A DNA stretch of 64,000 nt. It comes from Candidatus Latescibacterota bacterium (GTDB lineage Bacteria; Latescibacterota; UBA2968; SICM01). The stretch covers positions 4,320,001 through 4,384,000 of the forward strand of contig CBDCJO010000002.1 of NCBI GenBank assembly GCA_965217865.1, written 5' to 3'. How positions within the stretch are numbered: position 1 is the stretch's first letter; each line of letters opens with the position of its first letter. The position numbers and the translations under genes were made by a program. This document shows, piece by piece, positions 41,821-51,594 of this stretch. The notes under the pieces are model-generated. The model was not told the origin of the DNA and did no database searches. It was given only the letters and a program-made list of their open reading frames with translations.

Positions 41821-42663
41821 ATGATGCAAAAGTGGATCGGCGGTCTCATTCTGGTGATCTGTATCCTCGGGGTCTGTTCGGATACAGATGCGAGGGATGT
41901 TAGGGACATCGTAAAAATCGCCAACGATGTTGTTGTTGAAGAAGGGGAGCATGTCGGCGACGCCGTGGCCGTCGGGGGGAACGTAACGGTAAAGGGTACG
42001 GTGGAAGGCGATGCCGTAGCGGTCGGGGGCTCGGTTACGCTCGAGTCCCGTGCGATCGTGGAGGGGGATGTTGTCTCGATCGGAGGTAAGATTCATAAAG
42101 CTCCGGGTGCGAAAATTCACAACGATATGGTCGAAGTCGATGCGCCGGGCATCTCTTCATTTAAAAATGCCATGCCTGAATGGCACTGGCGAAGTTGGTT
42201 GCAGGGGTTTAGAATTGTGACATTTATCGGATTTATCGCCCTGGCTTTGTTGATCGTGGCCATCATGCCAAGGCAAATCGGCTTGATTTCGAATGCGATT
42301 GAATCAGACACCCTGAAGACGGTACTCTGGGGCCTTCTGGGAATGGCCTTGATAGTCCCGGGAGCGCTTTTGCTCACCATGTCGATCGTGGGGATTCCGC
42401 TCGTTCCAGTGGAATTAATCCTGGTCGTGTGCGCGGCCATTACCGGATATATTGCGATCGCTCAGCTCATCGGCAAAAAAATGGCCATCGCCCTCAAAAG
42501 GACGGATCTGCCCATTTTCTGGGAAACCTTTTGGGGAGTCTTTATGCTGGGAATCATCGGATTTGTCCCGGTCCTGGGCTGGTTGGTAAAGGGGATCGCA
42601 TCCCTGATCGGATTCGGGGCAGTGATTTTGACGCTGGTCCGTATTAAAGCGGCTGACCTGTAA
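41821..42663 (+). CDS. Membrane protein with bactofilin-like/polymer-forming beta-helix repeats
   Basis: Signal peptide, three GDAVAVGG.V-type repeats, then 5-6 TM helices (SIVGIP, PVLGW). Confidence 0.75.
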   Translation: MMQKWIGGLILVICILGVCSDTDARDVRDIVKIANDVVVEEGEHVGDAVAVGGNVTVKGTVEGDAVAVGGSVTLESRAIVEGDVVSIGGKIHKAPGAKIHNDMVEVDAPGISSFKNAMPEWHWRSWLQGFRIVTFIGFIALALLIVAIMPRQIGLISNAIESDTLKTVLWGLLGMALIVPGALLLTMSIVGIPLVPVELILVVCAAITGYIAIAQLIGKKMAIALKRTDLPIFWETFWGVFMLGIIGFVPVLGWLVKGIASLIGFGAVILTLVRIKAADL

Positions 42664-42803
42664 GGTCGGGGGGGGGATAGGAAATTGAAGATTGAAGATT
42701 GAAAGACCTGAGCTCGGTTCCTACCTCTCTGTGGCCTATCTGATTCCAGGGGCGCTTGAGGAACATCGATTCCAGACAGTGGGCCTCTCTCCGCATGGAG
42801 GAT

Positions 42804-44321
42804 TCAGGGGCGTTCCGCCCACCGGGCAACGTTCTGCAAGACGATCTTCGGGTTGGGAAAAACGTCCCGCAGCAGCTTGTGGTAGAAGCACTCCTCCGGG
42901 GAGCGCAGGTTGTCCTCCTGAAACTTATCCGCGTAGGCCGCGAGGTCCATCCCCTCTGTGGCCCGGGCCAGGGCATTCTCCAGGAGCTGCACGGTTCCGC
43001 TGCCCTCATCGAATTGCTCCTTGTCCCGCCACAGTATCTCGGGGGGGAGTAGATCTTCACAGGCCTGGCGCAGTATCCACTTCTCTACGGTCTGACCGTC
43101 TTCCTTTTCGTAGAGCTTGAGCTGTGGTGGAATAGTCTGGGCCAACTCAACCATGGCCAGGTCGAGAAAAGGGACACGCCCTTCAAGCCCGTGTGCCATC
43201 GTGAGGCGGTCGACGCGCTGCAGGTTGACGTTGTGTAGCGCGGTAACCGAACGGCGAAGCTCTATGTGCAGGGCATCAAGGTCAGAAATCCCACGGCAAT
43301 ATGTGTACCCGGCGAAAAGCTCGTCAGCCCCTTCCCCGGTCAGAATGACCTTCACGTGTTCCGCGGCAAGCCGGGAGCAGAAGTAACAGGGGATGGCGCT
43401 CCGGACCAGATCCTGATCAAAGGACTCAAGGTGGAATATGATCTCAGGAAGCTTTTCCAGGACCTCTTCAGCTGCGAACACGTATTCGTGATGGACGGAC
43501 CCGATATGCCGGGCTACGTGTCGGGCTGCATCCAGGTCACGTGAGCCCTCTATCCCCACGGAGAAGGTGTGAAGCCTGTCCATGTGCTTCCGGGCGATGG
43601 CAGCGATGATGCTGCTGTCGAGGCCACCCGACAGGAACGCGCCAAGGGGCACATCGCTCATAAGCCTCTTCACTACGGCCTCTTCGAGTGTCTCCCTTAG
43701 AGTCCTCCGAAGCCTCTCAACCGGCAAATCCCGTGGCTTGAGCTCAGGAACCACGTAGTACGGTTTGAATCCTGTGTCCGAGATATAGCACGTACCCGGA
43801 GGGAATTCATTCACGTCATCGGCTTTGTCAACCAGCGCCTTGATTTCTGATGCAAACCAAATCACCTGATCGGGCGTGTTCTCGCCACGAATGCCGTAGT
43901 ACAGCGGCTTAATCCCGATCGGATCGCGTGCAAGAAAGAGGGATTCGCCGCCTGAGATGGCGAAGGCGAACATGCCGTCGAGTAACCTGACGGAGGAAGG
44001 GCCTTGATCTTCAAAAAGATGCAGTATGGCCTCCGAATCATTCCCGGTCCTGAATTCGTGATTGTCCCGGAGGTCAGCTCGAAGCTTCGGGAAGTTGTAG
44101 ATCTCCCCATTGGCCACAATGCTCGCCGAACGATCCTCGTTAAATATCGGCTGATCTCCACCCTCCGGGTCCATAATGGACAGTCGGCGATGCCCCAGAA
44201 CGCCCATAGACGCTTCCACGTGCATCCCCGCCATATCCGGCCCCCGGTGGGCCAGTTTGTGCATCATATCCCTCACCGTTTCTTTTTCAGCCCTTCCCCA
44301 GATCCCTGCGATACCGCACAT
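42804..44321 (-). CDS. asnB: Asparagine synthase (glutamine-hydrolysing) family amidotransferase
   Basis: MCGI, HRGPD, HRRLSI, NGEIYN, SGGLDSS, GEGADELF, RVPFLD, KWILR. Confidence 0.93.
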   Translation of the reverse strand: MCGIAGIWGRAEKETVRDMMHKLAHRGPDMAGMHVEASMGVLGHRRLSIMDPEGGDQPIFNEDRSASIVANGEIYNFPKLRADLRDNHEFRTGNDSEAILHLFEDQGPSSVRLLDGMFAFAISGGESLFLARDPIGIKPLYYGIRGENTPDQVIWFASEIKALVDKADDVNEFPPGTCYISDTGFKPYYVVPELKPRDLPVERLRRTLRETLEEAVVKRLMSDVPLGAFLSGGLDSSIIAAIARKHMDRLHTFSVGIEGSRDLDAARHVARHIGSVHHEYVFAAEEVLEKLPEIIFHLESFDQDLVRSAIPCYFCSRLAAEHVKVILTGEGADELFAGYTYCRGISDLDALHIELRRSVTALHNVNLQRVDRLTMAHGLEGRVPFLDLAMVELAQTIPPQLKLYEKEDGQTVEKWILRQACEDLLPPEILWRDKEQFDEGSGTVQLLENALARATEGMDLAAYADKFQEDNLRSPEECFYHKLLRDVFPNPKIVLQNVARWAERP

Positions 44322-44390
44322 GTAGAATCACTCCGCTTTCAGTGAGATTCAATGACTATTATGCCAGTCCTGGGCTTCCCACCTCCCCGG

Positions 44391-44786
44391 TTAACCTCGC
44401 CCACCCAGGATTCCGCTCTCCTTCAGAAACCGTTGCGCGACACTGGCGGGTGACCGCTTTTGCTCATCTACCTCGTGATTGAGACGCTGCATGGTCACGT
44501 TATCGATCGCACCGGCCAGCCGACCAAGCGCCTCAAGAAGCTCCGGATGTGCCATTAGTACGGCCATGCGCGCTACAGGAGCAGCGTAGTAGGGAGGGAA
44601 AAACCCTCTGTCATCCTCCAGGGGCTCGAGGTCGTATGCCGGTATGCGACCGTCCGTTGAAAAGGCGCAGCTCAGGTCGACTTCGTCCTGAGCAAGCGCC
44701 TTGTACATCAGCCCCGGGTCCAGGTCCCGAACGGCAAAGGTCGCCCCGCCGTCGAAAGATTTGGATAGGTCGCGCAGAACAATCAC
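44391..44786 (-). pseudogene. Chimeric remnant: N-terminus of betaine-type ABC ATPase fused to C-terminus of OpuAC-type substrate-binding protein
   Basis: MIVLRDLSKSFDGGATFAVRDL joined to DPGLMYKAL...FSTDGRI..YDL..LEDDRGFFPPY. Confidence 0.78.
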
Positions 44787-46072
44787 GCCGACCCTTCCCG
44801 GGTCAATTCGAAAGTGCCGAGCAGACCGTGGGCCGCCCCAAGGCCCTGCTGCATGTCGCTTTCCAGGTTCCTGAGCACGTAACCGAGCTGCGGCTCCACG
44901 ATATTGGCCAGCGGATCACCCATTCGGAACCATTTTACATTGCGAACCACGTCCCGAATCGTCCGAATCGACTGCTGTACGATATCGGGATAATCGTCAG
45001 GCGGATCCTCCTTCAGTTTCTCCGCGTCCTCCCAGTTTTTCAGGGCCTCTATGCAGCCTGTGACCACCGCGTTCCAGGCCATCTGAAAGCCCTCGAAAAA
45101 CTGATTCAGCCTCGGGTGGCCGGAGCGCGGGACATAGTCAAAGAGGAGTGAGCTCAGGTCTGTACGCTGGTTGAACTCGTGAAGGCTGCAGATCGCCTCC
45201 CTGATGGGCTGGGCGTTCGGGTTGAACTCGCGCGTGTTCATGTGCCTTCCCACAAGAACGGATCGATCCCGGATCTCCCTTCTTGCGATGGAAACTCCTT
45301 TCGTTGCCGCGATCTCACTCACGAACGCATCGAGTTCATCACCGCCCCAGTAGCGTAAGGGAAAGGTCTCGACATCCACCTTGTCCAGCATGTCCGGTGG
45401 GTAGATATAGGACATGGAGTACTGATGCATATTGGCCTCATCTGACCCGGACTCATCCCAGTAGCATTGCCATTCATAGGAATATCTTCCGATCATGTCG
45501 GCCATGAAGATCGCTGATTCGTCCATGTGATCGCAGATACCCTCGATGAGACGACGCAACCCGTCGTCATCGATGTGTGAAAGGGCGCCGAACGACGAAA
45601 AATAAATGTCGAACGGCGGCTCACCCGGGTCCACCGGAAGCCCATTATTGAGATCGGCCACCTTGAAGTCGACCTTGGGAATTCCCTCGTAGTTCTCTCT
45701 CGCCTTTTCCACCATCGCGGTGCTGATGTCGACGCCTTTGTACTCGCCTATCAGGTAGGCGGGCAATACCTCGACCTCCTTCGTAGCAAGGGAAAGCTGT
45801 TCCCTGTGCACGTTCGTAAGGACTTCGTATCCCTCTCCGCTACCGCAACCGAGGTCGATCACGCGTATTCTTGAAAGAAGCCTGTGCTTACGCGAGACCA
45901 GCTTTGCGAGGAACTTGTGCAGTGTGTATCTGTTGAGCTGATCCTCCCAGTACCGACGCACGTTGTCGTATTTCCCGAATAGCCCGCCCCAGTCTCGGTC
46001 ATAGACAGACATTTCCACTGCGTCTGTGTAGCTCTCTGTTTCATGCGTCTTGCTGGCTTCTTGATGAATCAT
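44783..46072 (-). CDS. Class I SAM-dependent methyltransferase (429 aa, extended)
   Basis: VIDLGCGSGEG, GVDISTAMV, VADL, FDIYFSSFGALSH; GGAGG RBS. Confidence 0.87.
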   Translation of the reverse strand: MIHQEASKTHETESYTDAVEMSVYDRDWGGLFGKYDNVRRYWEDQLNRYTLHKFLAKLVSRKHRLLSRIRVIDLGCGSGEGYEVLTNVHREQLSLATKEVEVLPAYLIGEYKGVDISTAMVEKARENYEGIPKVDFKVADLNNGLPVDPGEPPFDIYFSSFGALSHIDDDGLRRLIEGICDHMDESAIFMADMIGRYSYEWQCYWDESGSDEANMHQYSMSYIYPPDMLDKVDVETFPLRYWGGDELDAFVSEIAATKGVSIARREIRDRSVLVGRHMNTREFNPNAQPIREAICSLHEFNQRTDLSSLLFDYVPRSGHPRLNQFFEGFQMAWNAVVTGCIEALKNWEDAEKLKEDPPDDYPDIVQQSIRTIRDVVRNVKWFRMGDPLANIVEPQLGYVLRNLESDMQQGLGAAHGLLGTFELTREGSA

Positions 46073-46522
46073 GCTACCTCCTCCAACATTCTTTAGAATC
46101 TAAACCTTCCTGATTCCCTGACGTCACAAATGCCCGGATAGGGGCAACTGCCTGCATGTCTGTTCTGTGTACTCTCGAATTTCGCCACGAACAGGATCGT
46201 GTCCTGAGACAGGCGGTCGTCTGCAGGGCAGGGCTTGTCCGCACTATACACTAGCCATATTTCTTCCTCGTGTCAACTCAACTTTGGCCCCGGGACGCCT
46301 ATGTGCACCATGCGGACATTCCAACGTCGAGGGTGAGAGGGCCGGTCCTTCCACCTGGGTGGTGCATCTTCCGGACTCTGCGGTTCCCCCCATCGGCCTG
46401 CGCTCACCATAACATCCTGATTTTCTCTTGATCTTCCGTGCCTTCATGCGTACTTTGGCCGCGTCGTCTTGACCTCCCACATCCTGTTCAGCCAGACCGG
46501 AGATGACAAGGAGCGTAATCCA

Positions 46523-47305
46523 ATGACGGATGAAGAACAATATCTGTTCGATCTGACGGGTTATCTGGTGATCAAGGATGTTTTGCATCGACCGGAACTC
46601 GAGGAATTGAACGAGGCAATGGATCTCCGGAACCCCTGGGGAGATTTGAAGGGGAGGGAGGAAGCCCCCCATATGAATCGGCTCAAAATGCATATCGGCC
46701 CGCTTCTGGACTGGGGGGAACCGTTTCGACGTTTGATGAAGCACCCCGTGACGCTTTTATATCTGTCCGAACTGATCGGCGAGAAGATGCGGCTCGATCA
46801 CGAATATGCGATCTTGATGAGAAAAGGGGCCCCGGAGAACCGGCTTCACGGCGGAGGAACCCCATACGACCCTTCACAATACTATCATTTTCGAAATGAA
46901 AAGATGCACAACGGTTTGACGGTTGTGATCTACGCCTTGGCGGATGCGGGCGCAGGTGACGGCGGTTTCTGCTGCATCCCGGGAAGTCACAAGAGCAATT
47001 TCCCGTGCCCGGAGCCTTTCAGGAGCTTGGAGGAAAAAGGGCTCTGGCTTGTTCAACCCCCTTTGAAGGCGGGGGATGTACTCATCTTCACCGAGGCGTT
47101 GACTCACGGAACACTTCCGTGGACCGCGGAGCACGAACGGCGATCCCTGTTATTCAAGTACAGTCCGGGCCATCAGGCGTGGGGGCGGGCGTACAATCGC
47201 GGTGTGGATGAGAACATGGATGAAACCCAGCGTCTTCTGATGGAACCTCCCTACGTCAGCAGGCGGAAAGAGGTGCCAGGTGACGACGGGAAACGGAGGG
47301 ATTGA
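46523..47305 (+). CDS. Phytanoyl-CoA dioxygenase (PhyH) family protein
   Basis: YLFDLTGYLVI, GGFCCIPGSHK, KAGDVLIF.EALTHG, RRSLLFKY. Confidence 0.9.
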   Translation: MTDEEQYLFDLTGYLVIKDVLHRPELEELNEAMDLRNPWGDLKGREEAPHMNRLKMHIGPLLDWGEPFRRLMKHPVTLLYLSELIGEKMRLDHEYAILMRKGAPENRLHGGGTPYDPSQYYHFRNEKMHNGLTVVIYALADAGAGDGGFCCIPGSHKSNFPCPEPFRSLEEKGLWLVQPPLKAGDVLIFTEALTHGTLPWTAEHERRSLLFKYSPGHQAWGRAYNRGVDENMDETQRLLMEPPYVSRRKEVPGDDGKRRD

Positions 47306-48550
47306 ATGAGCAAACTATACTTCAGCGAAAATGGACGCGTGGTTCCCACGCTGTGCGAGGAAATTACCATCTTCCGGCGGGTACGGAAGGTTCTTTCTCT
47401 CCCATCCACGGCCGCACAGGGGACGGTCTACCTCCTCGCCCGTGCGTATGGGGACGAGATTCCGCTTCGCATGTCCCTAAACGGGACTGAGGTGGACTCG
47501 ATCCAGCCCCTGTACCCCGGGAAATACGGGTGGTACGAGGTCCCGGTTGCAGCGTCTCTGTTCAAGGAGGGGGACAACGCGTTTGAAATATGGACGGATT
47601 CTACGGCGATGACCGCTTGGTCGCTGGCGATCGAGGCCGGGCACGCTCAGCCGGAGAGTTTTATCAGCGGGGATGGCGGAAAGACCTGGCGGAACGATCG
47701 GATGGGGTATCTCAACGTCGTGCGGGGGGAGTATGTGGTCCGTGTGCGGCTGTCAGAGGGCGAAGATCCCGCACCTCCGGCGATGGTCTGGGAAGACAAA
47801 AATAGTCCGCGACTGGAATCCCTCCGGAAGATCGTTCCGCCGAGAGCGCGCGACCAGGGGCCGCTGTTGGAACGGATCAGGGCTTTGTCCTCCTGGCTCT
47901 CTACGAGCTGGGAGCATACCGGCCCCGCAAATCCGGCAGTTTCTGTGGTTTATGGGCCGTGGGATGCCGAGACGATTCTTGCCTGGGGGAAGGCCAGGTC
48001 GGGACACAACGGGTACCGTCCGATGGTCATGTGCGTGCATTACGCGGCCGCTTTCGTGAGCAGCTGCCAGTGTGTCGGGATTCCCGCCCGGTGTGTGGTG
48101 GTGACGGGGGCCGTCAACAAGGGATGCGGCCATTTCGTCTCCGAGGTCTGGTCCGACGAGCACGACAAATGGATTATGGTGGACCCCAACACGGATTCGA
48201 TTATGTGGAAGGACGGGGTTCCGCTTTCTCTCACGGAGATTCAACAGGCAGGCTCCGACCTGTCCGATCTGATCGAGTGGGGAGCGGGTTCCTCCTTCCA
48301 GAAGACGTTCCCCCACATGGTAGAGTTCATCCGGGACAACTATCAGAAAGGGGTTTGCTTCAAACACAGGAGCATCTGGCCCCGGGCGGATCTTCTCTCG
48401 CGTCCCGAGCTTTCCCCGCCGGGACATGGATGGATCAACTATTGTGAGACGGAGCTTGTGTGGGACAGGAAGGATCTGGAGAAGGGCTTCGGGATGTTCC
48501 CCTATTTCGCGGACCCGGGCTACTTCGATGCCCACCCGCGCTTCGATTAA
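47306..48550 (+). CDS. Transglutaminase-like (Cys-His-Asp) domain protein
   Basis: MCVHYA...GIPAR...GHFVSEVW...WIMVDP. Confidence 0.8.
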   Translation: MSKLYFSENGRVVPTLCEEITIFRRVRKVLSLPSTAAQGTVYLLARAYGDEIPLRMSLNGTEVDSIQPLYPGKYGWYEVPVAASLFKEGDNAFEIWTDSTAMTAWSLAIEAGHAQPESFISGDGGKTWRNDRMGYLNVVRGEYVVRVRLSEGEDPAPPAMVWEDKNSPRLESLRKIVPPRARDQGPLLERIRALSSWLSTSWEHTGPANPAVSVVYGPWDAETILAWGKARSGHNGYRPMVMCVHYAAAFVSSCQCVGIPARCVVVTGAVNKGCGHFVSEVWSDEHDKWIMVDPNTDSIMWKDGVPLSLTEIQQAGSDLSDLIEWGAGSSFQKTFPHMVEFIRDNYQKGVCFKHRSIWPRADLLSRPELSPPGHGWINYCETELVWDRKDLEKGFGMFPYFADPGYFDAHPRFD

Positions 48551-49543
48551 TCGTATACGATGATTCCCCGTGCAACCTCCCCGCTCAGCATGTCCTCAAA
48601 AGCTTTGTTGATGTCTTCAAGTCTATACTCCTGAGATATCAGCTCATCCAGTTTGAGCTTTCCGGCCATATACCAGTCGAGCAGCAATGGAAAATCGTGC
48701 CGTGCGATCCCTGAACCATAAAGGCTTCCCACGATGCGTTTTTCCTGCAGGGTGATGTTAAAGGACGGGAGTTTGATTGTCGATTCCAGCGGAGCAGCCC
48801 CGACCAGCACCAGTGTTCCTGTGGGGCGCACCGCGTCGAAGGCCTTCTCCTGAACCTCTGGAATTCCGATCGCCTCGAAGACGTAGTCCGCTCCCCGTCC
48901 ATCCGTCAAGTCGAGGATCTCCTTCAAGGTGTCGTCGCCCGCGACCAGACCGTGGGTCGCCCCGAAGGTTTTGGCGGTCTCGAGCTTTTTCGGCACCCGA
49001 TCGACGGCGATGATCGGTTCGGCACCGTGCCGCGCAGCCCCCTGCAGGACGTTCAATCCGATTCCCCCACAGCCATAGACCACGACGCTATCTCCAGCAC
49101 GTACTCCGAGTATTGCGAACCGCGCCAACCCCGGTGGTTACCCCGCAGCCGATCAGGGACGCGGATTTCAGGGGAGCGTCCTTCCGAATCGGAATGCATG
49201 CCTCCTGGGGGACGACGGTCTGTTCTCCGAAGGTTGCGATGGTAACGAACTGGTAGACGGTCTTTCCGCTGCCGCATTCGGGAGACCAGCTCAGAATCAC
49301 GTGGTCGCCGGGGCTAACCCGGGTCACGCCCGGACCGACGGATTCGATTACCCCCGCACCTTCGTGTCCTAACACGACGGGCATAGGACGACGTGGAAAG
49401 TCCCCGGTGACCACGTGCCAATCGGAGTGGCATATGCCGCTGGCGGAAAGCCGGACCTGGACTTCACCCGTTCCCGGTTCCTGAAGGGTGAGGTCTTCGA
49501 TGACAGGGGGCGTGTTGAGTTCGTACAAAACCGCGGCTTTCAT
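48547..49543 (-). pseudogene. Zn-dependent alcohol dehydrogenase pseudogene (internal deletion plus frameshift)
   Basis: GICHSD, LGHEGAG and GCGGIG are present. The structural-Zn loop is missing after WSPECG (~49270), and the frame breaks at ~49110. Confidence 0.85.
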
Positions 49544-49635
49544 GGGAACCCTCCAATTTGTCTTCAGGTAAAGTGCGTTGGATTTCAACTCTCTTCAAGC
49601 AACGTGTGGTCGTGTTCATAAAAAGGAGCAGGAGG

Positions 49636-50035
49636 ATGACTCAGATCAAGGTATCAACCAAACGCAGGACGGAACTGGTGCCCATCACGGATAGGGTCCA
49701 GGATGCGGTCCTGGAAAGCAAGATTGAACACGGCGTCTGTTACGTGTACGTGCCCCATACGACCAGCGGGGGTGACCATCAACGAGAATGCGGACCCGAT
49801 GGTGGCCCACGATATTCTGCACGTGGTTGACAGGATCATCCCGTTCAACGACAATGGCTACAGACATATGGAAGGCAACTCGGCCGCCCACGTCAAGGCC
49901 TGTCTGTTTGGATCGTCGGAAACTGTATTTATTCGAAACGGCAGGTTGGTCCTCGGGACCTGGCAGGGGATCTTCTTTTGCGAATTTGATGGTCCAAGGG
50001 ATCGGAAAGTCCATGTCAAGTTGATAGAAGGATAA
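49636..50035 (+). pseudogene. yjbQ: YjbQ/UPF0047 family protein, frameshifted near 49765
   Basis: VPHTT in frame 1 continues as AGVTINENADP, H.EGNSAAHVK, LGTWQGIFFCEFDGPR in frame 2 (one extra base). Confidence 0.85.
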
Positions 50036-50102
50036 ATCAACTTGAGTGATTTAGTTCCGGGAAAAAAGAAAAGCGAAATGGGTGGAAAGGTTAAACCCGA
50101 AA

Positions 50103-51377
50103 TTATTCCCTGTGCGTGACTCGACCGCCAAGAAACGTCGCTACAGCCTTCCCCTTCAGGTGCCATCCCGTGAAAGGTGTGTTTCGGGATTTGGATCGGA
50201 ACTGCGTCGGATCGACGGTCCATTCGAGGTCGGGATTGATGATGGTGAGATCGGCAGCCGTCCCGGTTTCGAGGGTTCCTCCTGGGATGCCTAGGATCCG
50301 GGCAGGGATGATGGTCAGTTTGGAGATTGCTTCGCCAAGAGAGAGGATGCCGGGAACCACAAGGTGGGTCAGGGTGAGACCCAGGGCAGTCTCCAGCCCC
50401 ACGATTCCGAAAGGTGCCTGATCGAAGGGAAGGGACTTCTCGTCCGCTGCGTGAGGGGCATGATCCGTTGCGATGGCGTCGATCGTCCCATCCGCGAGTC
50501 CCGCTCTGACGGCCTCGACGTCTTCGGCCGATCGGAGGGGAGGGCTCATCTTGGCCAGGGTTCCACGGTCGCGGACGGTCTGGTCCGTCAGGATGAAATG
50601 GTGGGGGCAGGCCTCGGCGGTGACAGAGAGGTTCCGGCGTTTTGCGTCTCGAACAAGGTTCACCGCGCGGGCGACGCTTACGTGCAGGATATGAAGCCGG
50701 CCGCCGATCTTTTCGAGGAGACGGATATCGCGCTCGATCATCGCCGCTTCTCCCTCAGCGGGCATTCCCTTGATGTTGAGGGATCGGGAGACCTCTCCGT
50801 CGTGCATGTGTCCGCCTGAGGTTAGGGCTTTCACCTCCTCGTGCGGGGCGATGGGACAGTCGATGCTTGCGGACTTTTCGAGTGCGAGCGACATGAGCTT
50901 CTCGGACCCCACCGGGAAGCCGTCGTCGGAGAAGGCCACGGCACCCGCATCCCGGAGCGCAGAGAGGTCTGCGAGCTGTTCCCCCTGCTGAGCGGCCGAA
51001 ATGCAGGCGATCGGATAGACTCTCGCATCGGCGTCGCGACCCTTTTCAATCACCTCGGAAAGGAGATCGGGCCGGTCGAGGGGGGGTGAGGTATTGGGCA
51101 TGCAGACGACGGATGTGAAGCCGCCCGCTGCGGCGGATCGGCAGCCCGTGGAGATCGTCTCTTTGTGCTCCTGACCCGGATCTCTCAGGTGGACGTGCAT
51201 GTCGATCAGACCCGGTACAACGATCATTCCTCCGGCATCGAGAACCTCAGCGGAAGGGACTTCCATACCAGATTCGATCCGATCGATAAATCCATCGGTG
51301 ATCAGGACGTCGGATACCCGATCGAAATTTCGGGAGGGGTCCAGGACCCGTCCGCCGCGGATGAGGGTGGAATTCAC
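50103..51377 (-). CDS. pyrC: Dihydroorotase
   Basis: DMHVHLRDPG, MPNT.PP, FSDDG, CPHH, KMSPPLR, ATDHAPH, SRNTPF. Confidence 0.96.
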   Translation of the reverse strand: MNSTLIRGGRVLDPSRNFDRVSDVLITDGFIDRIESGMEVPSAEVLDAGGMIVVPGLIDMHVHLRDPGQEHKETISTGCRSAAAGGFTSVVCMPNTSPPLDRPDLLSEVIEKGRDADARVYPIACISAAQQGEQLADLSALRDAGAVAFSDDGFPVGSEKLMSLALEKSASIDCPIAPHEEVKALTSGGHMHDGEVSRSLNIKGMPAEGEAAMIERDIRLLEKIGGRLHILHVSVARAVNLVRDAKRRNLSVTAEACPHHFILTDQTVRDRGTLAKMSPPLRSAEDVEAVRAGLADGTIDAIATDHAPHAADEKSLPFDQAPFGIVGLETALGLTLTHLVVPGILSLGEAISKLTIIPARILGIPGGTLETGTAADLTIINPDLEWTVDPTQFRSKSRNTPFTGWHLKGKAVATFLGGRVTHRE

Positions 51378-51479
51378 GATGTCTAATCCGTGGTTTGTGA
51401 TTCGTGGTCCGTGACAATTTTCAGGTTACAATTTAAGTTCAGGTCTTGACCGTGTCAAAGGGAATGTCCGGCTTTTCCG

Positions 51480-51508
51480 TTGACAGAATTCGGCCGAGTT
51501 ACTATAAT
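51480..51508 (+). promoter_or_regulatory. Sigma70 promoter of valS
   Basis: Perfect TTGACA-N17-TATAAT. Confidence 0.85.
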
Positions 51509-51594
51509 TTAGATTCATCGCATATGACTGGACCGAAGGGGTACGGTAAAGCCGTGCCCCTGTCCTTATGGAAAAAGGGGTTAGAAGGTTCTCC

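Noticed and set aside
46075-46440. Riboswitch upstream of the methyltransferase
   Set aside because: No recognisable SAM, glycine or c-di-AMP aptamer consensus by eye; an Rfam scan would be needed.
51510-51594. T-box leader before valS
   Set aside because: The leader is under 100 nt with one hairpin (~51529-51564) and no TGGNACC T-box motif.
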